From Trichosphaerium sp. ATCC 40318 (taxonomy: Eukaryota; Protista; Tubulinea): a stretch of 64,000 nt of DNA. Both the position numbers and the translations under genes were made by a program. Location of the stretch: contig JALMLS010000342.1 of the NCBI GenBank assembly GCA_038496445.1, positions 124,001 through 188,000 of the forward strand. The letters are read 5' to 3'. This document shows positions 52,212-64,000 of the stretch, one piece after another. A model generated the notes under the pieces. The model saw only the letters and a list, made by a program, of their open reading frames with translations. It did no database searches and had not been told where the DNA came from. How positions within the stretch are numbered: the stretch's first letter is position 1; the number at the start of each line of letters is the position of its first letter.

Positions 52212-52773
52212 GAGGTAAGTTTTTAGAGTTGAACTGCAGCGAGAAAGTGAGCTGGACGAAAAAGAACAAGATTTAGCGCAACTATTTTTTTTTTAATTTC
52301 GTTGGCGTGGGCGCAGCTAAAACACAACCAAAGCTAAAGAGAAATATTTGTAGCACTAATTTGCAGAAAATAAACAAAAAAATGCTAACGACAACGAAGC
52401 GTGTCGTAGCTTCTGGTTTTTTCTATTTCAACAGTGAAGTTACCTTTCTGCTTCTACAAAGCCTCCGATAATTCCGTTAAAGGAGTTGTCTGTATAGGTA
52501 GAGACAAATGCCTCCACCTGTACAGCAGGGCACTTTCATCTATTCTGTTAGTCAATAGTAATCTAGTTTTGAAAAAGCGCTCTTTCTCCCCACAATTCTT
52601 TCGCGAGTGAATTTAGGTTAGACGAAGTTGTCAGGCTGCCAAAGGAAGCAAAACAGTGGCATCAGTTGTAGCGCATCTCCACTCGAGAGGAAATTGCTTT
52701 CAACTCGAGTAAACAGTCAAAAAAAATTTAAATTAGTAATTTCATACGCTAAGCCCGTGGATGCAAGACTAGA

Positions 52774-55700
52774 ATGTCGAGTGATTCTGGCGCAGACGAG
52801 AGCGGTAGCGAGCGGGTAATACAATATTTTGAGTGCCTTTGCATTTTTAAGCCATTGTAGAGTGGTAGTAGACGAAACAGTAAAGTAGAAACAAGCGCCA
52901 AACCAATAATAGACGATGAACAAACTGGTGATAGTGGTGCTGGATGGCAATCAGGGACAGCAGAAGACGCAATGCGGTCTATTTTAGATGCACAACAAGT
53001 AATAATTCATTCAATTCAGCCGAATTCTGCTGATACAGCGTAGAAAACAATAGCACAACTAGTGGGGGACAATAAAGAATTAAAAGAGCAATTAGACGCA
53101 CTAAAGAGCGAATTTCTTAAATTCAAAGCTCAAGCTAAAAAGGTAGGTGTCGTATTGTAATTCGGGGTGATCAAGCGATTTATACTTTGCCAGGACCACA
53201 GAAAAGTAGAAATACTAGACACAAGACTAACCAGCACGTTTTCAGATTGTTTTGGTAATAGTAACTCCTTTTTAGCGTTGACTACGGCATTAAAATCAGT
53301 AACTGGATCCGTGAAGGAGAAGAAAGCGAAAGGCTCACCAGCCAACAAAAATACAAAACGTAAAACATTCACGCTTAAAAATGAAAAGTACAGTACGTAT
53401 AATCATTTTGCAACCAGTTTGTACTGCGTCCCTGCTAATTAATCTACAAAAAAGGCAGTAGACGCATGTCAGAGCGTGCAAGGAAAGCTAGAGTGGTAGA
53501 TGCGAAATATCTTAATTTCTTGGACGAAGTTGGTCTAGATAACTTTAAACCACTGTTTAAACCGGACGAAAAAAGTTTTGAAGACTTGGCTAATGATGAA
53601 ACAAAACTATTTCAAGTTGTACGTTAAATGACGCTCATTTTGCTTTTTGTTTTTTTGTCCGATGACACTTTGATAGGATCCTGATAATCCAGTGCTTGTT
53701 AAACTGCTCGCTGCTCCACCAGATGTTATGTACGACTATGTCATGCTTGGACTCGATGGTATGTCTCGTATTGGTTACCCAGTGTATTAATCCGAGTGCA
53801 GAGCCATTACGTAACATTTTTGATCATGGATTATTTGTCCGGGAATTTCTTCTTACAATGAAGGCGTGGACTACCCCAGAGGAGGTTTTTGCGAAATTGA
53901 CGTCCTAGTATCCGATTTTTTGTTTGTTTTTTTTGACTTAGGTTAATTTGTAAATTGCGCTCCTTGATTCTTACAGTCTTGATACTTCAGATGCTAAAGC
54001 AAAAATGAGCTACCTAAAGAGGCTTGTGCCAATACTCAAGACGTGGTTTTCTTTGGATAAAGCTTCTGATTTCAAATACAACAAGGACTTGCTAAGGTAC
54101 GTATTAGTGCATAGCAGTTTATTCTTAAAGTGTGAAGGAAATTCCGTGAATATGCGGAAGAAAAAATCCGTAAGATTGCCCCTGATGTAGAATCTGAGCT
54201 TGTACCTTACTTGATGTCCTGTATGCGTAATCGTAGATTCCCAGAAAGCAAATTATGTCCAGAGTACGAAACGTGATGTCATGACTAATAATTGACGCAC
54301 AAAAAAGGCCAGTAGTATCAAAAGAAATGGAGGCTGGAGAGAAGATTAAATCTATCCTTGACATTGACGCATTGGAACTTGCTCGTCAGCTCACCCTCAT
54401 AGAGGAATCATTATATCAAAGTGTCCAAGCATCAGAATTTCTTAATCAAGCTTGGGCTAAGAGTGATAATGAAACACGTGCTCCAAACTTGAGCGTAGTT
54501 ATCAAAAACACAAATAGAGTAAGTAGGCTTGATTGTAAAGTGATTGTTAAGTGTGGTAGGTTACAAATTGGCTCGCTACCAACGTATTGAAGCAAGAAAC
54601 TGTAAAGATTCGTGCATTGTGTATTGAGAAGATTATTGAGGTAGCAAAACACTTGCTCAAGCTAAGGAATTACAGTGGACTCATGCAGGTAAAAGAAAAA
54701 CAAAGCGTTTTTTTCGTTTTATTAATTATAGATTAGGTTTTGAGTTGCTTGTTTAGTAGCCCTATTCAAAAATTACACACGAGTTGGGAGGTTCGTAATT
54801 TGTTGTTACTAGCACGGTTGTTTATTTGTACTAATTCGAGATAGCTCGTGCCTGATAAGGATAATGCTTACATGCAAGAACTAATACAAATGATGAGTAA
54901 TATAGGTCACTTTAAAGAGTACAGAAAACACTTGTCAGAAGTAGACGCTATCAAGGAACCTTGCATACCGCTTGTTTGTATGTTATACATTATGTTATTT
55001 TTAACCTAATTGCGTTTACAGCTGTTGTGTGTAATGACTTATTCTTGCTGGATGATGTATTAAAGAGCGTAATTGATACGGGTGTTAACTGGAACAAAAT
55101 GTATAAAATGGCAAAGGGCATTTGGGAAATTAAGCGCTACAAAACACCTTATCCTCTTCGTCCTGTACAGTCAATTCAAGATTTTATTGAGGATGGAGAA
55201 GTATGGGAAGCTGAGATTGCTAGATTTGCTATTGCAGAGCTTTTGGAGCAGAATGGTACACTTTAATAGATTGCAAATTAGCACTTTTCTTATTTGTGGT
55301 AGTGAGCGTTGAGGGTGATACAGCACAAACTGTTGAAGCGAGAAAAAAGAATTATGGCCATCAACGCACGAGATCTATGACTTCTATTGGAAAGCCAGCA
55401 GCCTCCACTACGCAATCACCAGGCCAGGAGCCTGATATGGATTGGAATTGGCTGTTCCAGGGTTACGAGGTTCACACTTACAAGAATGGTATGGTTATTA
55501 CAGCTGAAGGTAGTTGTGTTTAAAAAAAATAATAGGTGAGACTATATTGGAGCAAGGTTGCTTGATAAAGTCTCTATTCAAAGTAAACAAGGGTGCCGTT
55601 AAAGTTACAACGAAAAAGGGAATTGTACTGAAAAGACTCAAAGTCGGAGATGTTTTCGGTGAAGAAGCCTTGCTTTTGGAGAGTTCAAATGTACGTTTGA

Positions 55701-57399
55701 ATGATGATTGTTATTGTTTATTTAATTACAATTAGCTTGGTGTACGCGCAATGTATGTTGCAGATGGTGATACAGAATGCTGGTCCTTGACTGTAAACAA
55801 AGTTATGCGTGCAACTAAAGCAGATAATAATATATACGAAAAACTGTTTAAGATTCTCGCTATGCGTATGGCTAACAAGCTTAAAACCGCTGGTCAAGAA
55901 GCTCTTGAGGTAATCAATTCACGTGTTATAATGTTTTTATTAATAAGAGCAGCAAGCGGAATCTAGCAGCAAGAAGGATGAATCAACACCTGCTACTGAA
56001 ACTACTACAGAATTAGATAAGCTACTCAAGAAATTCAGACTTAAGGTATGAGATACTTGTACATGTTCGTCCTCACAATCTTTTAGAACGAGACTATTAT
56101 TAAAGAGTTATCGTGTTCTCTAAAGACTAGAAAAGGTCGCAGTAAACTCACTACTATTGGCAACTTGTATATTACGCATAACTACATTTTATACCGTGGT
56201 AAAGCATTTGGCTTTAATGCTAGTGTATGGACCTTTCATAATTTGTACATTGAATTTTTTTGTGTTAACTCAACATCAGGAGCGATTTGCAATATCAGAT
56301 GTAAAAGGTGTACACAAAGAGGCCAAGAAAGAGAATTTGGTTCGTTTGGATATTGTAGATGATAAAGGGAAACCAGATTCTGTACGTTTGAGCTGTGTAT
56401 TCCTTGCTCATGAGCCCTTTTGCTTATATTACTCTTAGTATATCTTTGAATTTGATAAAAACTTCATTGAGGAAGCCTTTAACGCGTTGAACACTACTAT
56501 CCAACTCCATACGCCTGTTGTTCGAGAGCGTGGCGAGTCCGTAATTGAGGTATGCTTATATTTTGTTTGCTCTGCCCTGACATTATGGATAGAGCATCGG
56601 AAGCGGTAGCTTTGATGTAGATCAAGAAGAGGATGATGAAGAAGGCAACTGGTCACCAACAAGTGAAGACTGGGAAATGATTTTTAAGGGCTCTCGCCAT
56701 TCTAAACACGCCAAGGGCGATGTTATATTAAAAGAGGGTACCACAGTTTTGGCTTCTATGGTAATAACTGACGTAATTAGGTGACACTATTGTGCCACGT
56801 TTATTTCAAATTACAAAGGGAAAATGTAAGATATCAAAAACTACTGATGGCGAAGAGAAGGTTCTAGGTCATATAGATACAGGTGATGCTGTTTTTGGAG
56901 AGATTGTACGTTTTTTTTAATTTAACCTTAACCTTGTGTCTTACTCTATGTAGTCTCTCATCCTAGAGGGTGGCGAAGCTTCTGCATCAGTTATTGCTGA
57001 TGATGATTTGGAAGTGAACGTTGTTGAAGGAGCTTTCCTTCAAGTACTTTTCAGGTATCTCATTGAGAAACTAAATGCTTTGATTTGCGATCACGTTTTA
57101 TTAATTTGGCGTATTATAGGTTCCATCCAGATATCTCTGGACGCTTTTATCATTACCTATCACATATTCTTGGTACACTAATGCTAATTATTGTTTGTTA
57201 TGTCTTACTGACTTGTTTTGTAACAGCAACACGGCTTAAGAAGCGTGATAAAAATGCGCCAAAACATAAGGAAAGGGCGAGATCTAAAGAGCACGAGAGG
57301 GTGTCCAGCACATCGTCTCGGTCAGCGTCTAGAAAGTCCTCACAAAAGAAATTGCGTCACTCGTCTAAGAAAAGTCGTTCTAGCAAGGACAAAAAGTAA
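52774..57399 (+). CDS. RasGEF with RasGEF-N, CDC25, cNMP-binding, GRAM and second cNMP-binding domains (GbpD architecture)
   Basis: FVREFLLT..WTTPEE, LELARQLTLIE..EFLNQAW, LRNYSGLMQ, PCIP, LKVGDVFGEEALL, GNLYITHNYILY, VFGEISLIL..ASASVIA. Confidence 0.9.
53908..53976 (+). other. Candidate U12-type GT-AG intron in the RasGEF-N domain, 69 nt, phase 2
   Basis: 5' GTATCCGATTTT, branch-like TCCTTGAT close to the 3' CAG. Removal gives KLTSYLDTSDAK in frame. Confidence 0.6.
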
Positions 57400-57644
57400 T
57401 AGGTATTAACGCACATTAATAATACACTTGGTTGAATTAATGCGTACTCAAATTACTGCAAGCGAAATAGCTTACATTTGTAGTGCACATGTATCCATGT
57501 GCTGTAATTAAACAAAAATAAAACAAAACTTTGGTACTTCCTTCTCATCAATTTTTATCAAGGTAAGTAAAGCATTTATCGTTGCTGGAGAGAGGTTTGA
57601 CGTGTTTTGAGCGTTAAGGCGGTCTTAAGCCAACAAAGTGCCAA

Positions 57645-59402
57645 ATGTATTCTTTTTTCACGTTTTTTTGGCTTTTAAACGTGCCTTGTTAAGTAGTTAT
57701 GCTCAGGATTCTGCAGGTACTATTAGTCCTATTTGTTAGTCGAACTTATAATTTTCCTTTGAGGCACTTTGGTTGATGATCTTTCTACCTTGTGTGGTAC
57801 CTACGCTGTTTATACCCAACATTGGAACTTTTAAATCGCCGACTTTAACGTGAGACAACTTGTTTATTTCTGGTTTAAACATACTATGGCCCACACTGTG
57901 TCCTAGGTATCCAAATAGCGATTGGAAGAATGGTAACGTTACGGCAAACGTGACCTACTACACGCAGCAAAATACTTCTTTTGTTGATATGATATTACTG
58001 GTGGCATTTGATTCTCCCTTTTCTGGTGTACCTCTAGAGCCAATTATATCCAAATATCAGGACATGGGACCAAAAGCCATAGTATTAAGAGGCGAGGAGC
58101 TATCTCCTGGTAAGATTTGGTTTGATACGAACAGAGACGTTGGTATTGTGAGGATTCCTATTGCCGTACTTTCAGGTACCCTCCAAAAACGTATCCCATT
58201 TTAATGAACTTTAGAGAAGGACTTTAATACTATACAAGAAGCTATACGCAAGAACAACGGAACGCTTAACGATTGCGTGCTGCTCAGAGGTAGTAGATTT
58301 TCTAACAACCAAGCTTTTACTGAAAATAGTTGTAGAGACAAACCTGTGGGAAAAAATACTCAAAAGCCCAGCTTTTGTAATATGTATACAGCTTCCATTG
58401 CTACTGTGGGCTACTGCGAATATTCTCCTTTGTTTGAATAGGTTCTATACTATATGGAAAGCGAAGAGATGCACTTTTGCACCAAGACAGCTTATTTTAT
58501 GTCTTGAATTTTTTTCAAACCTCAGTGCGTTCAAAAAAACACAAAATGAATCACGTGATTTTCTTACACCGCGTAGTTAGGTTTCTGTTTTCTGTAGATC
58601 TGTTTGGCTCTCAAAAAATATATCCGCCTTGGATGGGTGCTATATCATTCAGAGTTACATTTCCGTTAGCTATTGGATCCTTTGCTATCATGGCGCTTCA
58701 ATGGAACCTTATTTTAAAGGTGCAGAAAGTTCTTGTGAACAATTTTATTACACATACCACGGTATTTGTTTATGTCTCAGTTGTTGTGCTTGTTGTTATC
58801 GAGGTATTGGTTGATGTAATTGTCTTTTCGGTGGTACGTCGTCTTCTTGGGGTTTTTTTTTGATAACAAACTATTTTTAGCTCGACAGGACAGCTTTTTT
58901 ACAGTTTGCTACTATTGGCTTCTATATTATTCTCTTGTTTGCAATTGGTGTATATTACAACGTAACAGCTGGGAGAGTTCTATTACGTATAAAGAAAATG
59001 GAGAGTACCAGAGGCAAGAAAAAAATAGCAGGGGTAACGAACAATTAATTAAACTTGTCATTTGTCTCATTTTTTTCGTACTCGTAGGCAATGCATAAAG
59101 GTATTGGTGTTGGCATATCTATAATTTTAATTGCATGCGGGGCTTTCTTGTTCTCACCGCAGATATTCGGATACCCTATCAACTACGTTTTGACTTTGAC
59201 AGGCTACTCTATTCTTCTCTTTACAGCAAGTACCCTTCAGATACTTCATTTTTACAACACAAAGCATCTTATACGACGTTATTTGGTGGCACTTGGTATC
59301 CGCACTCCGAAACAAGACACGTCTACGTCAAATGGAAATATAAGTTCTAAAGAGAGTGCTGTGAAAACATCCTCATCCAGTGTTAAAAAAGAACAAGTGT
59401 AA
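57645..59402 (+). CDS. Extracellular PA-like domain + about seven transmembrane helices (receptor-like)
   Basis: ISKYQDMGPKAIVL..SPG..IVRIPIAVLS (PA-like), then TNLW and about seven hydrophobic segments, with an S/T-rich tail. Start uncertain. Confidence 0.7.
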
Positions 59403-59707
59403 AGACTAACGATAGTTTCCAGTATGACTTCTCAATTAACGGTGGATTGATTCAGTACAACATTACGCCTGTGGGGAGAAGAAAGATTGACTATCTGCAA
59501 ACAGATTTCATCTTAGTTCTGCTTCACGCACCCAGTAATACTTGGTATTCTAGACCCAAAGCTCAATTCATAATTGTGTATCTGGTTTACACCCGAAGAA
59601 ACTCAGCACTACCTTCAGAATAGGAAGTACAGTAAAAAAAATGTTTAATTCCTTTTCTATCGAAAAGTCTTTAATCATTAAATGAAAACGAATTACAATG
59701 AAACGTA

Positions 59708-60858
59708 TTAGGATCAATTATTTATTTAGAAGCAATAGTGGGAGAACTTGCGTTCTACATATTTACAAGATTTTGTTGAGGGTATTTACTCTTGGGTACG
59801 CTTGACATCACGTTCTTGTCTTTGTTTCTTTTGAGCATGCTTGTTTTTGAATTTGTTGGCACGCCTTTGCTGCCTACCCCTTTTACCACATTGATTGCGT
59901 TTTGAACCCCTCTGCTCTCGGCGTTCTTGTCTTTTTTTGATCCGAAATGCTTTTTGTTCTTCCATCGCATTGATCACTTGTTGAACGTCTCCTGAGAACC
60001 CAATTTTGATCATTGTATTGAGACAAGGTCTCCATCTTTTGTATCCTTCAGATTGAAGTTGTAGAATTGCTTTGATCCATTGTTCTTGTTGATCTGATGG
60101 AACACGTTTCAAGAATCGAGGGCATTTTTTGATTGTATTAACAAGACCAGCGTTGTCTTCAGAATCTATATTTTCGCTTGATTCTGTATCGTCGGTGTTG
60201 CTTGACTCGGTACTGTCGTTCTCTTCACTGTCGCTTGATTCTATGTCATCATGTTGTTCAGTTGAAGGTTTATCCGATACCTGAGTATGTGTAAGATATT
60301 TAATTGTTAAAAGGACGCAATACGGTTTAAGGAGGCGTACGTTTTGTATTGATACTGGACCGACTTGAACTCCACAATTGAGAATGTTTTTGAGAGTTGA
60401 TGAAATTTGTTCTTGTTCAATGTCAAACTGGATTGTCACACGGACTGGTGAAGTTGTTGATGTTTGTTGTTGTTGAGTTGTCATTGTTTGATTGTATTGT
60501 ATTTTCGTGTTTAGGTTAGCCACGATGTTATGTGTGTTGGTTGTTTTGAAATATGATCAAGTGTTGAACATAGAATTGAAATATGATTTCAGTGAACACA
60601 ATTAATATCTCTTCTCAACTTTTATTCAACTTTTTGTTTGCCACAACTGTACTTCTTATTTGTTAATAGAGTGCGCGTTTAGCGTGTATGTTTAGCGCAA
60701 ACGTCTAACACAAGAGTTCCGTTTTCTTTGACGTTCCTCAATGGATCACTGTGGGATGAGATTCAACAAACTCAAATAACAACAGAATACTCAAGAAATT
60801 CTTGGATTCAACAAGCGTACTCAATCTGATGAGACAACCATCTATTGGTTCTTGTACT
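59708..60858 (-). repeat. Copy 3 of the ~1.1-kb duplication (inverted; probable donor locus of copy 2)
   Basis: Matches copies 1 and 2 and lies directly downstream of the intact GH27 gene. Confidence 0.95.
59786..60484 (-). CDS. Orphan UBA-like protein, copy 3
   Basis: ATG at 60484, same intron, near-identical translation. Confidence 0.75.
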   Translation of the reverse strand: MTTQQQQTSTTSPVRVTIQFDIEQEQISSTLKNILNCGVQVGPVSIQNVRLLKPYCVLLTIKYLTHTQVSDKPSTEQHDDIESSDSEENDSTESSNTDDTESSENIDSEDNAGLVNTIKKCPRFLKRVPSDQQEQWIKAILQLQSEGYKRWRPCLNTMIKIGFSGDVQQVINAMEEQKAFRIKKRQERREQRGSKRNQCGKRGRQQRRANKFKNKHAQKKQRQERDVKRTQE

Positions 60859-61021
60859 AAAGTAACAAGCGTAAATGCATAAAACTAGCATTTTAAGTAA
60901 ATGTCGCTTATTTTATAGATGCCGATTATACAATACTGCTTCAAAGTTCACTGGGAATAGGAGAAACCTCACAAAGCAAACAAAGGGTAAGGATAAAGTT
61001 GTGAGGTAACAAGTAGTGTTG

Positions 61022-62782
61022 TTATTTATTTATAAAAGGTTGAACTTTAGACGCTCGTAGTATCTGAGAATCAGTAGGCTCAAGTTCAATACTATAACCA
61101 CTAGAAAAAGTACCAATGACTTTATGTTGCCAAAGGTCTCGTAACTCTATTTTTTCTCCCGTTTTAAGACCCAAGTTCTTCCAGCAATCTCCAGTACAAC
61201 TAAAATTGGATAAGATTACAAAAATAGATTGATTTTGTTTTGACTCACGTGACATTTGATCTTCTTGGACTTCCATTGAAGAATAGCATAGCTATATCTC
61301 CATTGTGCAAATCACGTCCCCATACTTCAAGACTAGAAACATTTTGCCATTGTTTGCCTTGTTTGCCCAGCACATCTTGGTCAACACTAATTATTTCCTA
61401 ATTTATCAGATCAGTACAAAAAAATCATTCAAAATAATTTGACATTTTCTATCCGTACCTTGTTAGTGTAGAGAGAAAGAACTTCTTCTGTCATATTTCT
61501 TGGATCCACCTAGTAACTCAAGTAAGTCTCAAAGTAGTTTCTTGATACTAAAACCTGCTTACGCTAATTAAGAATTTTGCAGCTAAGATTGCCCAAAAAT
61601 TAATATGTGTTCGACTCTGAGTCATATTCATATTGCCTGCTCCCGCTATAAGTAATCCGGGGTCTATGTTAATTTAGTATACATTGGGCACTACAAACAT
61701 ACCGTTCCATCCTCCAGGACCTGAATACATCCATAGATCTTTGTCAACACGGATATTCTCCAAAATTGGATTCCAACCACCTCCGTCATCGACAGCGATA
61801 CGCCACATATTTCCTATTTCTTTCCCACGTTCCGCTATTGTCTTACCAGCTGTCCAGCACATATTGAAGAAGATTGGCCTTCCTGTTTTCTAAAACATTG
61901 GGTAAGCCAAAAAAAGAAAAGATAGCTCAGTAAGGGAATACGTTTAGACCATCTCTCATTGCTTCATATTGTGCGAACGCATCACCACCAGCATCGAAAC
62001 AAGAGTCGTCCTTCAAATAATCGACGCCCCAGTCAGCATAACTTTGAGCATCTTGTGCCTCATGGTAGCGAGATCCTGGGCGCTTGTAACCACCATCCCA
62101 GCAACTAACACAACATTAATGTGTATTCTATCATAACCACATACCTGCAAGTATAATCACCTCTATCAGTATAAAGACCAAACTTGAAGCCTATCAAACC
62201 GTTAAGACTGCTTGTTTTGCAGAGATATAATACCGAGGCCGTGTAAGTAATCTGACAATGCTTTTACGCCGTTTGGAAACGCCTGTGGATCAGGAATGAG
62301 AGCACCAGACGTATCTCTACCCCACATGATGCAATCTAAAAAGAAAAGCTTTACTAAAAGAAGGAAAGCAACCTTTTGTACCATCGAGATTAATGTACTC
62401 ATATCCAAGGTCGAGGAGACCTTTGTCTTTCATAAACCTTGCTATTTCGCGCACTTCAGTGTCCTAGTGTTATCGTAGTGAGAACAGTTTGAGGAAACTT
62501 CAAATCACGTGTTTCAACACTGTGACATGGCAGTCACGTGATGTGGTTTATATGGGCACTTTAAAGACACGTACCAGTACAAAACCAGGTTCCCATAGAT
62601 ATTGCTTCGCTATCAAGTGGCTATGAAGGGCATACCATGAGTTAAAACCTAATTTGAATTAAACGGTTTAGTTTGGGCGAAAAAATGATACCCATTGGAG
62701 GAGTGAGACCCAGGCCATTGTCAAGCGCGTATGCGCTTAAAAATACAGCAACGAGCGCTACGAAAAGCGTGCTCACGTGCAT
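61022..62782 (-). CDS. Glycoside hydrolase family 27 alpha-galactosidase/alpha-NAGAL
   Basis: Signal peptide, LDNGLGLTPPMGFNSW, GYEYINLDDC, FPNGVKALSDYLH, WGVDYLKDDSC, GNMWRIAVD, SGPGGWNDPD, RDLWQH. Confidence 0.95.
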
Positions 62783-63277
62783 TTTTGTACAAAAGAATAA
62801 GTTGATTCATAGTGGGTCAACAGTTGCCTACCAACTGTCTTGGTGATGAGTTACTTGGGCCATACGCAGTAAAGCAATGTAAATATGAGCAAGGAACGTG
62901 TTTTATACATTTTGTAAGAGTTTGTCGTGCTCCTGACGTGATACCTTTTGATAAAAACGTTGAACCTAAATTACAATAACAGAATACGAGACCATTACAA
63001 AACCGCTGTGTTGTTTCAATACTTAGATAAAACAGAAGATAAAAACCGTATTTTCAGAAATTCTACTATGTCCTTGCTTCAAATCTTGTACATCAACGCA
63101 ACAACTTCATGAATACTCTGGATTGCTCCAAAAAAAAGACTCAGTTATCCTGTTTTTGTGATACGAATTACCCGATGACTTCAAATTAGTGAATACTATT
63201 CCTTTTTCACACCATTACAACACCTCTTCGTGAAGGTGATCCTAAGTACATTACTTCCCAACGTAAACATTTACTAG

Positions 63278-64000
63278 ATGGTCTGTACTGCAATAACTAT
63301 CCTCTTTACAGCCCTTGTTGTACTACAAGCACAGCAACTGGATCAGTTTGCTGTTACAACAAGCGGAAAGATGTCATTTAGAAACAACGGTCGCATTGTT
63401 GGCGATTTTGTATCTACAGGCGGTCTAGAAGCAAGAAACGACTTTACTTTTGAAAATGGCTTTGTACAAGGTGACGTTGAGCTTCGTAACAATCCACGTG
63501 GTCAAACTTTGGATGTTGTCGGATCTGTAGTTACCAGAAATGGGGTTGATATTGATGACATCAATACCTTCACTTTGGACCCTTCAAACGCACTTGATTT
63601 TGAAACAATCCTTGGTATCATACCTCAACCTCAAAACATGACCTTTACGAATGAAACGCGTGTGTTCAATTTTGGCGAAGTATTTCGAGCAACCGTACGT
63701 TGTTTTGGTCTGTTTTTTTCTGACTTCTTTCTACAGTCCTTCAGAAGTATTGGTTCTGGTTCAAGATGCAAAACCTTCCCTAATGATATTCAATCATCGA
63801 CTCATATATCCGGATCTGTGGTTATCATCAACGGTGACGTATCTGTAAGGAACAATGTTGAGTTGACTTTCGATGAAAACGCAAGAGTCATCATCAACGG
63901 CAACCTTGATCTTGGAAACAATGTTGAAGTTTCTTTCCCAAACTGTAAAGGAACTTTACATATCTACGGAGACTTGATTGCAAGAAACGACTTTGAAGCA
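63278..64000 (+). CDS. Secreted beta-helix repeat protein, truncated at the window end
   Basis: Signal peptide MVCTAITILFTALVVLQA. Repeats VQGDVELRNN, IINGDVSVRNN, IINGNLDLGNN, HIYGDLIARND. The frame stays open to 64000, so it is absent from the ORF track. Confidence 0.75.
   Translation, partial: MVCTAITILFTALVVLQAQQLDQFAVTTSGKMSFRNNGRIVGDFVSTGGLEARNDFTFENGFVQGDVELRNNPRGQTLDVVGSVVTRNGVDIDDINTFTLDPSNALDFETILGIIPQPQNMTFTNETRVFNFGEVFRATVRCFGLFFSDFFLQSFRSIGSGSRCKTFPNDIQSSTHISGSVVIINGDVSVRNNVELTFDENARVIINGNLDLGNNVEVSFPNCKGTLHIYGDLIARNDFEA

Overview
Gene-dense, AT-rich eukaryotic nuclear DNA with about 27 multi-exon genes, very short introns (mostly 40-70 nt) and tiny intergenic gaps, so the ORF track shows only exon fragments. 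Gene models below were spliced by hand and their boundaries are approximate. A CudA-family gene, a GbpD-architecture RasGEF and a WRKY-type gene point to an amoebozoan (inference). Recognisable genes: LRR protein, ACT+diaminopimelate decarboxylase, ABCA half-transporter, PhyH dioxygenase, Kelch-BTB protein, NOL8-like protein, multi-ubiquitin-fold protein, WRKY variant, dual-specificity phosphatase, WDR92-like, cpYpsA-SLOG+DUF4326 fusion, CudA-like, DNase II, NOPCHAP1-like, SMC2, wHTH-Zn-PHD protein, GbpD-like, PA-7TM protein, GH27 alpha-galactosidase and a secreted beta-helix protein. Most notable: (1) a textbook AT-AC U12-type intron plus a second U12 candidate; (2) a rearrangement patch at 38.7-45.2 kb with two of three near-identical copies of an orphan UBA-like gene, a 3.8-kb two-gene cassette bounded by a 29-bp direct repeat, and a captured 117-bp piece of the GH27 gene; (3) an intron-containing gene built from prokaryote/virus-type SLOG and DUF4326 domains; (4) apparent enrichment of CACGTG palindromes, largely in introns. 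No rRNA, tRNA, CRISPR array or recognisable transposase was found.
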